60,420 bases of DNA from the IMG/VR virus record IMGVR_UViG_3300027762_000011, positions 1-60,420 of that record; one strand, given 5' to 3'. Below, piece by piece: positions 19,038 to 29,000 of the stretch. This DNA comes from a virus (lineage: Duplodnaviria > Caudoviricetes). The notes under the pieces were generated by a model, which ran no database searches, had not been told where the DNA came from, and saw nothing but the letters and a program-made list of their open reading frames with translations. Made by a program: the position numbers and the translations under genes. Position 1 is the stretch's first letter. Every line of letters starts with the position of its first letter.

Positions 19038-19066
19038 ATTATAGAGGATCTGGAACTCTTTGTCAA
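19038..19066 (-). promoter_or_regulatory. Consensus sigma70 promoter for the tRNA pair
   Basis: TTGACA-N17-TATAAT. Confidence 0.9.
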
Positions 19067-19245
19067 CTACCCTCTTCGTGATCCGTGTGTATTCGGATAA
19101 GATCGTCAACTTCTTCATATTCCTGATAAGGAATTAGCACCATGTTCCCATGTTTACTCTTGATAAGAAAAGACTCACCCGTCTCTACCCTATCAAGATA
19201 TTCTTCAAAGTTTTTTTGAAGTTCTTCAATCGTTAGTGTTTTCAT
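19063..19245 (-). CDS. Phd/YefM-family antitoxin-like protein
   Basis: MKTLTIEELQKNFEEYLDRVETGESFLIKSKHGNMVLIPYQEY fits the Phd/YefM pattern; start trimmed. Confidence 0.65.
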   Translation of the reverse strand: MKTLTIEELQKNFEEYLDRVETGESFLIKSKHGNMVLIPYQEYEEVDDLIRIHTDHEEGS

Positions 19246-19435
19246 AGATGGCGAGGTCTGCGTATTTAATCTGTTCTTGATCAAGATTAGCGGTTACAAC
19301 TTCAAGTACGTTCATAAATTCTTGAATTGTATCACATTCAACCAGGCGTTCACCACCTTGATCACTCAAAAGAAGAAAAGTTCGGGCACAAACATCAATT
19401 ACGATGCCCTGTACACATTCTTGCGTGGAACTCAT
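19226..19435 (-). CDS. Conserved cyanophage hypothetical protein
   Basis: MSSTQECVQGIVIDVCARTFLLLSDQG...; start placed downstream of promoter. Confidence 0.75.
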   Translation of the reverse strand: MSSTQECVQGIVIDVCARTFLLLSDQGGERLVECDTIQEFMNVLEVVTANLDQEQIKYADLAIYENTND

Positions 19436-19461
19436 TCGGCGGTTTTCTTGATTACCCACAT

Positions 19462-19490
19462 ACTATAGGGAGTCTTGGGCGATGTGTCAA
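19462..19490 (-). promoter_or_regulatory. Sigma70-type promoter
   Basis: TTGACA-N17-TATAGT. Confidence 0.85.
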
Positions 19491-20608
19491 GCCCCCTCAT
19501 AAGGCAATTTGTCCCAGGTTAAGAATCCGTTTCCAATCTTAAGATTTCCAGTATCAGATTCATAGCATTCAATATCATTTGCTGGAATAGGATTTTCATT
19601 TTGCCATTTTTCTAAAGTTCTTGAAAATCTATATCTCTGAGATGGTGGAATACTTGGAAGATTATTCCAAGAGTCAATTCCATTTCCAAATTTTCTTTCT
19701 CCAGTATCCATACATATTCCAATAAAGGAAGAATCTAAAATTAAGTCATCAGATTCAAATTTTTCGGATGTTTGAATAATTTCATAAGGTCTAAGAATTG
19801 AAATATTAAATAAATTTATAGGATTTATGTGTTGTGAGGAGTTTGATAATGAAAAATGTTCTTCAAAAATGTTGCTAAAATAAGATAATTTACGTAAAAG
19901 TAAAGTTTGCTCTAATTTACATTCTTCAACTACCGCTAGTAATTTTGTAATTTGTAAGATGTTTTTAAGATCTTCAATACTAATATTCAATAAATTTAGT
20001 TTACCTTCTAATGAAGAATCTATAATTTCCGAAATTCCTAAAAGATTTTTTATTTGATCTTGACTTATATTGAGAAAATCAAATTTCTCTTCTATTGGTA
20101 AATTCACGACTTCAAGAACATTTGAAATATTTTTTATATCATCAGAATGACTATTAATTTCCAATACATCTTTTAATTGATCTACCGAAATATTTAATTT
20201 TTTTAATTTTTCTTCTATTGGTAAAGATTTTACTTGGCTTTCTGTTACATGATAGACAGGATCTATTCTTTCCCAAAAGTCATACTCAGAGTTCCATTTA
20301 TAATTATTCTGATTATAATCTAATGGTGGTTTAATTTTAGTATGATTATCTGGTTTTTCTAAAGGATTTTCATTATAAAAAGAAACTCCACTAAAAACAT
20401 TATAATAAGTTCCTCTCAAATCTTCCCACACTTCCCAAATCTTACTTATTGTATTGAAGATTTGAATTTGATCATTTCCAACGTCTGGGGGGGAGGTGGA
20501 AGTTGCAAATGCAGAAATTAAATATTCACCTGGTTCTAGGGGAGATTCTAAAGCAATTCCTTCCGAAACATAATACTTATATTGGGGATGATAATTATAT
20601 TCCTTCAT
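19487..20608 (-). CDS. Tail fibre assembly (Tfa-like) protein fused to helical repeats and two Mtd_N-like motifs
   Basis: YNYHP...ESPLEPGEYLISAFAT..PP...WEVWEDLRG; three EEKL..LNIS.DQLK repeats; DTG.xKxGNG..xWxxLP twice. Confidence 0.7.
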   Translation of the reverse strand: MKEYNYHPQYKYYVSEGIALESPLEPGEYLISAFATSTSPPDVGNDQIQIFNTISKIWEVWEDLRGTYYNVFSGVSFYNENPLEKPDNHTKIKPPLDYNQNNYKWNSEYDFWERIDPVYHVTESQVKSLPIEEKLKKLNISVDQLKDVLEINSHSDDIKNISNVLEVVNLPIEEKFDFLNISQDQIKNLLGISEIIDSSLEGKLNLLNISIEDLKNILQITKLLAVVEECKLEQTLLLRKLSYFSNIFEEHFSLSNSSQHINPINLFNISILRPYEIIQTSEKFESDDLILDSSFIGICMDTGERKFGNGIDSWNNLPSIPPSQRYRFSRTLEKWQNENPIPANDIECYESDTGNLKIGNGFLTWDKLPYEGA

Positions 20609-20637
20609 TTTTATTTTTTTAATATACAATATATATT

Positions 20638-23600
20638 CTACTGGAACTTAATGCAGGGTAAAAGTGCAATATTATGTGGTCTGGATTCATTTGGTGGATC
20701 AGTCGTGGTTGCTGGATCTTGAGATATTGTAACTGTATTTGATGATGGATTTTGCGTAACTCCACTAATCGGTGCAGTACCAGAAGAACCACTAATTGGA
20801 TGACCATGTGGATGACTATGTGATGCAGCATCGGGATTAACAGTAATTGGATGAGTGTGGGCACCATTATTGCTTGTTCTGGCATTACTCTGCCCTCTGT
20901 TATTTCTGCCCCCACCAGGTTGAGATGGACCATCATTAACATTAGTTCTATCATAACTATGATCATGTCCCCCATTACTATTAGCAGTTCCTCCATGTCC
21001 ATGAGGTGCGCTTCCAGGAGCAGTTTGAGAAGCAGCAGCATAATTGCCAACAGGATGACTATGAGTTCCAGCATTAAATGGGTGACTATGATTACTAACA
21101 GAACTTCCTGGATGTGAATGGGATAAGTTTCTTGTTCCTTGTTGAGATCCAAATACTCTTCCAGAGTTTAATCCACCAGAAGTAGTATTGTCCCAACCAC
21201 GAATAAATCTTCCTCTTAGATCTGGTATACCAAATGTGGTTGAACCATCTCCTGCACCAAAAGTAGTTCCAATTACATTAAATAATAAAGCATAAATTGT
21301 TCTACTAACTACAGCACCATTACAATATAGAAAATCTGTTGGTGCTGTGTTTTTCGTATACCATATAACAGTACCAATTGGTATGGGTGAAGATGCAGCA
21401 CCCCCTAAACCTTGGGTTCCTTGATTACTTAAACCTTGAGTACCCTGAACACCCTGAGTACCTTGTCTACCTTGGGTTCCTTGAGTGCCTTGGTTATTGC
21501 TAAGGGGACCTTGAATTCCTTGAGTTCCTTGAGTTCCTTGTCTTCCTTGAGTACCTTGAGTACCTTGATTATTACTAAGAGGACCTTGAGTACCTTGAGT
21601 ACCTTGATTTGCTCTACCTTGAATACCTTGAGGTCCTTGAGTACCTTGGAAATTGCTTAAAGTTCCTTGGGAACCTTGTCTTCCTTGAATTCCTATTGAT
21701 CCTTGAGATCCCTGTCTACCAAAAATACCTTGAGATCCTTGAGTTCCTTGGTTACTTAATCCTTGAACACCTTGTCTTCCTTGAGATCCTTGAGTTCCTT
21801 GGTTGTTACTTAAAGGACCTTGAATTCCTTGAGTTCCTTGAGTTCCTTGCCTTCCTTGAGTTCCTTGAGGACCTTGAGTACCTTGCCTTCCTTGAGTTCC
21901 TTGGTTACTTAATCCTTGAACACCTTGTCTTCCTTGAGATCCTTGAGTTCCTTGATTATTACTCAGAGGACCTTGAATTCCTTGAGTACCTTGCCTCCCT
22001 TGAGATCCTTGAGTACCTTGCCTCCCTTGAGATCCTTGAGTACCTTGATGTGCTCTACCTTGTGTTCCCTGTCTTCCTTGAGATCCTTGAAGACCTTGAG
22101 ATCCTTGAGTACCTTGATGTGCTCTACCCTGAGCACCTTGAAGTCCTTGAGTACCTTGCCTTCCTTGTGTCCCCTGAAGACCTTGAGTACCTTGATGTGC
22201 TCTACCTTGAGCACCTTGAAGTCCTTGAGTACCTTGCCTTCCTTGTGTCCCCTGAAGACCTTGAGTACCTTGATGTGCTCTACCTTGAGCACCTTGAAGT
22301 CCTTGAGTGCCTTGGAATCCTATATTTCCTTGTATTCCTTGTCTTCCTTGAGATCCTTGAAGACCTTGAGATCCTTGAGTACCTTGATGTGCTCTACCTT
22401 GAGCACCTTGAAGTCCTTGAGTACCTTGCCTTCCTTGTGTCCCCTGAAGACCTTGAGTACCTTGATGTGCTCTACCTTGAGCACCTTGAAGTCCTTGCCT
22501 TCCTTGTGTTCCTTGAAGACCTTGTGTTCCTTGTTGTGACCTACCTTGAACACCCTGAAGTCCTTGAGTTCCCTGTCTTCCTTGAGTACCTTGAGATCCC
22601 TGAAGTCCTTGTGTTCCTTGTCTTCCTTGAGTACCTTGAGATCCTTGTCTTCCTTGAAGACCTTGTGTTCCTTGTGTACCTTGATCACCTTGAGTACCTT
22701 GCGCACCTTGATCTCCCTGAGTACCTTGAGATCCCTGAAGTCCTTGAGTACCCTGAGTCCCTTGGCCACCTTGTGTACCTTGTCTTCCTTGTGTTCCCTG
22801 CGTACCTTGTCTTCCTTGTGTTCCTTGAGTACCTTGGAGTCCTTGTGTACCTTGAAGTCCTTGAGTACCTTGGGTTCCTTGATTACCTTGAAGTCCTTGA
22901 GATCCTTGGAATCCTTGAGTTCCCTGAGATCCTTGTCTTCCCTGAGTACCTTGAGATCCCTGAAGTCCTTGAGTGCCTTGAAATCCTTGAGTTCCTTGAG
23001 TGCCTTGAGTTCCTTGATTACCCTGAAGACCTTGAGATCCTTGAGTGCCTTGAGATCCTTGATTACCTAATCCTTGAGTTCCTTGAAGACCTTGTGATCC
23101 TTGTCTACCTTGAAGTCCTTGAGTTCCTTGAGTTCCTTGCCTTCCCTGAGTTCCCTGAGTTCCCTGAGTACCTTGTGTTCCTTGTCTACCTTGTAAACCT
23201 TGAGTACCCTGAGTACCCTGATCACCTTGAGTACCTTGCCTACCTTGTGTTCCTTGTCTACCTTGTAAACCTTGAGTACCCTGAGTACCCTGATCACCTT
23301 GAGTACCTTGAATACCCTGATCACCTTGAGCACCCTGAGTACCCTGATCACCTTGAGTACCCTGAGTACCCTGATCACCTTGAGTACCTTGTGTGCCTTG
23401 ATCACCTTGTACTCCCTGATCTCCTTGAAGTCCGACAGAACCAGAAAATCCCTGAGTACCTTGAGTACCTTGAGTTCCTTGTGTACCTTGAGTTCCTTGC
23501 CTTCCTTGAAGTCCTTGAGTTCCTTGAGTTCCTTGAGTAGATTGAGATCCTTGAAGACCTAATCTACCTTGAGTCCCTTGCCTTCCTTGAAGTCCTTGAG

Positions 23601-24495
23601 TTCCTTGGGTGCCTTGGGTGCCTTGGGTGCCTTGAGTAGATTGAGCTCCTTGATTTCCAAGACCTTGAACTCCTTGAGTACCCTGAGTACCCTGATCACC
23701 TTGCACTCCTTGTGTACCCTGATCACCTTGAGTACCTTGAGTTCCCTGATCACCTTGAGTACCTTGAGTTCCCTGATCACCTTGTGTACCCTGATCACCT
23801 TGAGTACCTTGAGTACCCTGATCTCCAGATAAACCTTGAGTACCCTGAGTACCCTGATCACCCTGAGTTCCCTGATCACCTTGAGTTCCTTGAGTTCCTT
23901 GTCTACCTTGAGTTCCTTGAGTTCCCTGAAAACCTTGAGATCCTTGAGATCCTTGAGATCCTTGTGTTCCTTGTCTTCCCTGAAGACCTTGTGTTCCTTG
24001 AGATCCTTGAGATCCTTGAGATCCTTGAAATCCTTGAGTTCCTTGAGTTCCTTGAGTTCCCTGATCACCTTGAAGACCTTGAGTTCCTTGAATTCCTTGA
24101 GCACCTATACCTTGGGTACCTTGAGTACCTTGAGTACCCTGAAGACCTTGTGATCCTTGAGTTCCTTGATGTGCTCTTCCTTGAGCACCTTGCCTTCCTT
24201 GAGATCCTTGAAGACCTTGAGAACCTTGTGTTCCCTGAGCACTTCCAGATAAACCTTGCGTTCCTTGAGTAGATTGTGTTCCCTGAAGACCTTGAGATCC
24301 CTGAAGTCCTTGAGTACCCTGAACACCTTGATTACTTAATCCTTGAGTACCTTGAACTCCTTGAGAACCTTGACTTCCTTGAGCGCCTGGATCTGGCAAT
24401 CTTACCCAAGAATTTCCATTCCATCTCCACTTACTTCCACCGTAAGCATAAACTTCATTAATAAGTGGGTTTGCCGGAAAATTAAGTATTGACAT
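20638..24495 (-). CDS. Collagen-like (Gly-X-Gln) tail fibre with tail-collar domain and His-x-His needle
   Basis: LNFPANP...WRWNG N-terminus; about 1000 aa of QGT/QGL/QGR/QGD; PIGTVIWY...CNGAVVSRTIYALLF..IGTTFGAGDGSTTFGIPDLRGRFIRG; ends ESRPHNIALLPCIKF. Confidence 0.9.
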   Translation of the reverse strand: MSILNFPANPLINEVYAYGGSKWRWNGNSWVRLPDPGAQGSQGSQGVQGTQGLSNQGVQGTQGLQGSQGLQGTQSTQGTQGLSGSAQGTQGSQGLQGSQGRQGAQGRAHQGTQGSQGLQGTQGTQGTQGIGAQGIQGTQGLQGDQGTQGTQGTQGFQGSQGSQGSQGTQGLQGRQGTQGSQGSQGSQGFQGTQGTQGRQGTQGTQGDQGTQGDQGTQGTQGLSGDQGTQGTQGDQGTQGDQGTQGTQGDQGTQGTQGDQGTQGVQGDQGTQGTQGVQGLGNQGAQSTQGTQGTQGTQGTQGLQGRQGTQGRLGLQGSQSTQGTQGTQGLQGRQGTQGTQGTQGTQGTQGFSGSVGLQGDQGVQGDQGTQGTQGDQGTQGTQGDQGTQGAQGDQGIQGTQGDQGTQGTQGLQGRQGTQGRQGTQGDQGTQGTQGLQGRQGTQGTQGTQGTQGRQGTQGTQGLQGRQGSQGLQGTQGLGNQGSQGTQGSQGLQGNQGTQGTQGTQGFQGTQGLQGSQGTQGRQGSQGTQGFQGSQGLQGNQGTQGTQGLQGTQGLQGTQGTQGRQGTQGTQGRQGTQGGQGTQGTQGLQGSQGTQGDQGAQGTQGDQGTQGTQGLQGRQGSQGTQGRQGTQGLQGSQGTQGRQGTQGLQGVQGRSQQGTQGLQGTQGRQGLQGAQGRAHQGTQGLQGTQGRQGTQGLQGAQGRAHQGTQGSQGLQGSQGRQGIQGNIGFQGTQGLQGAQGRAHQGTQGLQGTQGRQGTQGLQGAQGRAHQGTQGLQGTQGRQGTQGLQGAQGRAHQGTQGSQGLQGSQGRQGTQGRAHQGTQGSQGRQGTQGSQGRQGTQGIQGPLSNNQGTQGSQGRQGVQGLSNQGTQGRQGTQGPQGTQGRQGTQGTQGIQGPLSNNQGTQGSQGRQGVQGLSNQGTQGSQGIFGRQGSQGSIGIQGRQGSQGTLSNFQGTQGPQGIQGRANQGTQGTQGPLSNNQGTQGTQGRQGTQGTQGIQGPLSNNQGTQGTQGRQGTQGVQGTQGLSNQGTQGLGGAASSPIPIGTVIWYTKNTAPTDFLYCNGAVVSRTIYALLFNVIGTTFGAGDGSTTFGIPDLRGRFIRGWDNTTSGGLNSGRVFGSQQGTRNLSHSHPGSSVSNHSHPFNAGTHSHPVGNYAAASQTAPGSAPHGHGGTANSNGGHDHSYDRTNVNDGPSQPGGGRNNRGQSNARTSNNGAHTHPITVNPDAASHSHPHGHPISGSSGTAPISGVTQNPSSNTVTISQDPATTTDPPNESRPHNIALLPCIKFQ
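21405..24390 (-). repeat. Degenerate 9-bp (CAAGGTACT-type) coding repeat with 78-bp higher-order units
   Basis: Direct inspection; ccttgatgtgctct at 22043, 22112, 22190, 22268, 22382, 22460. Confidence 0.95.
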
Positions 24496-24539
24496 TATTT
24501 AAGATATATTATTAAAATTATTATTCATATTCATATTAT

Positions 24540-25706
24540 TTATTTTTCCTCAAAAATTTTTATCTTATTTTCCAAACTTTCTATTCTTTCAAAAGCTTCT
24601 TGAAGTGCTTTCCACAGAACCGGGATTAATTCTTCCTTATGTAGCAATTTAGTTCCAGAAAATTCTTTTACTGCATTAGGAAGTTTATCTTCAACATTTT
24701 GTGCCAAGAATCCAGTATGAGTTATTCCACCATCATATAATTCACTATTTAACTTCCATTCAAAATCAACAACATTAATGTGATTTAAAATATTTAATGA
24801 ATTTATCTCTGTTGTTCTAATATTATCCTTCAGATTTTCGTCAGAAGTTTGAGTTCCTGCATTCCATATAGCAGTTGCATCATCATATAAAACTAAATTC
24901 CTATCACTTTGCCAAGCAAATCTATATTGCCTATCAGATGTGCTTCCTATTCCAGTAGGACCAAAATATAAATCAACACCTCCATCAAAACCTGGACTTA
25001 ATCCTTTATAAAATGTATTAATACCTAAATGTAAAGATTTTGTTGTATCAATTAAAAGATTTCCATTACAATTAAAATCTCCATTTAAAACTAAAGATGT
25101 TTGAGAATATCCAATAGGACCAACAGTTAAATATACATTATCATTTGTTGTACCTATTCCAACATTCCCTAAAGTATGAATTCCTGAATAAGAATAATCA
25201 ACTATCCATGGATTAATTGCCGAACCTCCATTAGCATCAACCCATTGTGAAGAATCTTGATCTTGATAAAAAATTCTAAGATCCCCAACACTGCTATCCC
25301 ACCAAAGATCTCCAGCAAAAGGATCAATAGGTGGATTATCTGAAATAGTAACAGTCGGGGTATCAACTGTTATTGTTGAAATAGATCCTGAAGCAGTAGC
25401 TGTAACTCCTCTACCAACGAAATTTAATTTTGAAACACTATTCGCAGTTCCTACTAAAATACCTTCATCAAAAATACTGATGCCAGAAGTTAATTCAGAA
25501 GGAGCCGATTCTACCCAATATCTATCATAAGTAGTTCCATTTTCAACTGTAACAAGAGTAAAGTATTTGTTAGCGGCAGCAAGTGGTCTTTCTCCAGGAA
25601 ACCCCAAATTAGGCTCAGCTTCATCTAAACTTAAGTAAAGGTGTCTATCACTACTTAATCCAGAATATTCTTTTAAATTTTCTCTGCCGCTTAAAAATCT
25701 TGCCAT
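24540..25706 (-). CDS. Tail fibre/spike protein with bulb-lectin motif and C-terminal S74 intramolecular chaperone
   Basis: GDLWWDS; QSDRNLVLY; SDENLKDNI...GFLAQNVE...LIPVLWKALQE. Confidence 0.8.
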   Translation of the reverse strand: MARFLSGRENLKEYSGLSSDRHLYLSLDEAEPNLGFPGERPLAAANKYFTLVTVENGTTYDRYWVESAPSELTSGISIFDEGILVGTANSVSKLNFVGRGVTATASGSISTITVDTPTVTISDNPPIDPFAGDLWWDSSVGDLRIFYQDQDSSQWVDANGGSAINPWIVDYSYSGIHTLGNVGIGTTNDNVYLTVGPIGYSQTSLVLNGDFNCNGNLLIDTTKSLHLGINTFYKGLSPGFDGGVDLYFGPTGIGSTSDRQYRFAWQSDRNLVLYDDATAIWNAGTQTSDENLKDNIRTTEINSLNILNHINVVDFEWKLNSELYDGGITHTGFLAQNVEDKLPNAVKEFSGTKLLHKEELIPVLWKALQEAFERIESLENKIKIFEEK

Positions 25707-25712
25707 ATTTTA

Positions 25713-26066
25713 TTATTGTTTTGCAGTCTCTAAAACGCTTAAAACTAACTCTAATGAATCATTATCACTTGCTTGTATTTTAATAACATCATTAGTTTCA
25801 AGAACCAATCTTCCATCAGAAACTAAATTCATTCCATCATTTGGGGGTATTTTAATATTACTTGCAAAACGATAATCTGATGGAGTTTCTGTTTGGCGAG
25901 AATGTAATGCGGTTACTCTAGAAAATGATGACCCAGTAGTAATATTAGAAACTTGACAAAGTACAACAATTGAAGCAACCCCAATCGGACAGGTATATAT
26001 TCCAACAAAATTTGTTGTTATACCTACACGTATTGTTCTAAACTTATTAAGAGCGATTGCTGCCAT
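25713..26066 (-). CDS. Small virion structural protein
   Basis: IYTCPIGVASIV...GRLVLETND...LSVLETA; structural operon context. Confidence 0.75.
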   Translation of the reverse strand: MAAIALNKFRTIRVGITTNFVGIYTCPIGVASIVVLCQVSNITTGSSFSRVTALHSRQTETPSDYRFASNIKIPPNDGMNLVSDGRLVLETNDVIKIQASDNDSLELVLSVLETAKQ

Positions 26067-26068
26067 TA

Positions 26069-29000
26069 TTACTTACCTAATGCTATAATTAAAGGAGTTA
26101 CTGTATTTAACAGACTTTGACTAAATGCTCTTCCGGTGATTGTTCCGGTTAATTGATTGATTACAACATCATCTCCAATTTGGAAGTTTCCTGCTTGGTT
26201 TGTACTGGTATAAACAACCTGACCACCATTACGTTTATCAACTTCATTTGCCTGAATTGAAACTCCACCTAAAGCTGGTTTTGCTGTAAAGATATTTGTT
26301 CCAGCTCCAACCCATTCCAATGAAATTGATGTTGCAATTTGTAAACTAATTCTGGAGAAATAAACTGTCGTTCCAGTACCAATATTATTATTTAGATTTT
26401 GTGTTAGGATAATTGTAGAAATTCCATTTTCTGGCAACGATGCACTTTCAATGCCATAGTATATTGGGTACATGACTGGTGCTGCAGATGCACCAGAACC
26501 TCCACCTCCAGTAATTTGTATGTTAGGAGGGTCTTCATATTGAGTTCCACTACTAATAACATCAATAGAAACTATTTTACCATTTTCAATATTTGGAGAT
26601 CCTTCTGCCCTAATTCCATTTGGTCCACTTGGGAAGTCAAATGTAATTACGGGTGGATTACTTTGAGAATATCCACTTCCACCATCTAATATTTTGATAG
26701 TATCAACAAAATAATACAATCTATCAAAATAAATTGCCTGTCCATCATAAGGTCTATAATCACCAACACCAGAAACAGTAATAATTGATGTTTCTATTTC
26801 GGCATCAGTTACAACTTCTCCAGTATACCTATAGATTGACTTGGACGTATTATCCCCAACACCATCAGAAACTAGACCATAATTACCAAATGATGCGTTA
26901 GAGTTTGTAATATCACACTGACCACCCGATTTTGTAAATATTCCAATATCATCACAGATTGTGAAAATAGAAACTAATTGTGAATATGCACCATTTGTAA
27001 TAGAAACTCCAATACCACCTTGATTATATTGCGTATAAGAGTCAACACTCATTGTACCAGTTACACCAATATCATCCTGATCTCCTGGTTCTGCATTAAA
27101 TCCATCAACCTTCATTCCAATACTATCCCCAATGAAGTTTGTAGCATTCCTAATGTAGGGCCCCTGAGTAATTGGTCCCACACCTCTTGAATATGGGGGA
27201 AGAACTACACCACCAGTAATATAATAATGTGGTATGGTCGATTTTCCAACATTTACAACAAAAGTATCTCCACTGTCAGAAACTGATAAAACCTCAAAAT
27301 CATATCCTCTATTTCCTGATGGGAATAATGTTGTTGTTCCTGCACCACTAAGACATGCAAATTCTAAGTTCCTTAGAGTTACAAAGTCTCCTTTTCTTAC
27401 TGAAGAACCTGGGGAAACAATCGTTGTTATTCCAGTTGAATTATCATATTTTGCTTCGGTAACATTAATTGTCCTATCAATAACATATCCACCAGAAACA
27501 TATGTGTGTGGTATGGTAGAAACTCCAGTATAAACATCAAACGAATCATCTGGATTTATTTTAGAAACATAAAATTCATATCCATAATAACCTGATGGGA
27601 ATTTTTGTTGAGTTGTAGGACCTCCAGATGAACAAGAGAAAACTAAATCTCTAATTTCTATTCTGTCACCAACTTTAACTTGCAATCCGGGAGCTATTAA
27701 TGTTGTTTTTCCAGAAGTCTCTTCATAAACTGCACTAGTAATACCAGTAAGAGTTTCAAATCCTTTACCACGATTTCCTGGATATGTTGTATTAAATCCA
27801 ACATATGAGAATGAAGTTGAACCAAATCCAACAACTGATGTCACAACACCTACACATGATTTCATAGCAGATGTAACATCAACACAAGAATTGATTACAT
27901 TATTATATCCAGTTTCTGGATCTATCTGAATAGAAAGATCTTTAACCTGAGTGACACTATTTTGGAAATTTGTATACTTTTGAATAGTTCCTCCAGAAAC
28001 ATATGTGTGAGGAAGAACTGTTTTTCCAGCAACGAATTCAAATGTATTTGGTCCAACTACAGATTTGACTGGGAATATGTAATTAAATGTTCCATCTGGA
28101 TAAGTTGTAGTTGTATAGTTTGCAGTTAGCGATCCTCCAGTTACATAATCATGATCTAAAGTTGAAGAACCAACATTTAACACAACTTTATTTGAAGTAT
28201 AAAGTGCTGGATAAGAATTTAAGTTTCCATCAGAAACCACAGATGTAAGTATTGCAATTAAATTATCAATATTTGATTGGACATCCGCACAGGAACTCGG
28301 ATCAGTATTAAAACCTGTAACTGGATCTGCAATAATTGATAAATCTTTAACATTTAATTGATTTGTAATTGCCTTCTTGGCATAATCACGAACTGCATTA
28401 AATGCAGTTATACTCTCTGCCTCTTCACCAACTAAACCATTGGAGATTGGATCTCCATTTTTATTAAAATATGCTCTAATTGCTTCACGAATGTACTTAT
28501 TAGTTCCATATTTTATATCTTTTATCAAAGCATCAACAATATAACCAATATCTCTACGACACTTATTCTCACCAGTTACAAAGATTCCAGAATTAATTCT
28601 GATAGTATTAAGAGAAGAAAGTGATCCTGCAGAAACAACAGACGTGATAATTGATGTTAAAGTATCTAATGTATTTTGAACATTTGCGCAGGAGGATGGT
28701 GAAGTGTTAATTCCAGTTGCAGGATCTGCAGTAATTGTTAAGTCCTTGACAGTAAGTTGATTTGTAATTGCCTGCTTCATTAAGTTTCTTGCCTGATTAA
28801 AAGCATAAACAGATTCTGTTTCTTCACCAACCAATCCATTAGAAATTGGTGCTCCATTATTAAAGTATTGTTTTACAAATTCAATAGAATATGAATTTCC
28901 TCCAGTAAAGATATCTATAGAAACTGCATCAATAAAGTATCCAATATCTCTCTTACACTTTGTTTGAGTTGTAGAAATTCCTGGATATGCAACAACCGTA

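Noticed and set aside
12760-21010. Diversity-generating retroelement (duplicated tip, Mtd_N-like motifs)
   Set aside because: No reverse transcriptase in the window, and differences between the copies are not adenine-specific (for example CAT/CAC, GTT/GTC).
21436-24461. Long alternative-frame ORFs (LEYLE, LSTLS, KVLKV types, up to 643 aa)
   Set aside because: Shadows of the 9-bp Gly-X-Gln repeat, which lacks stops in several frames; they end where the repeat ends.
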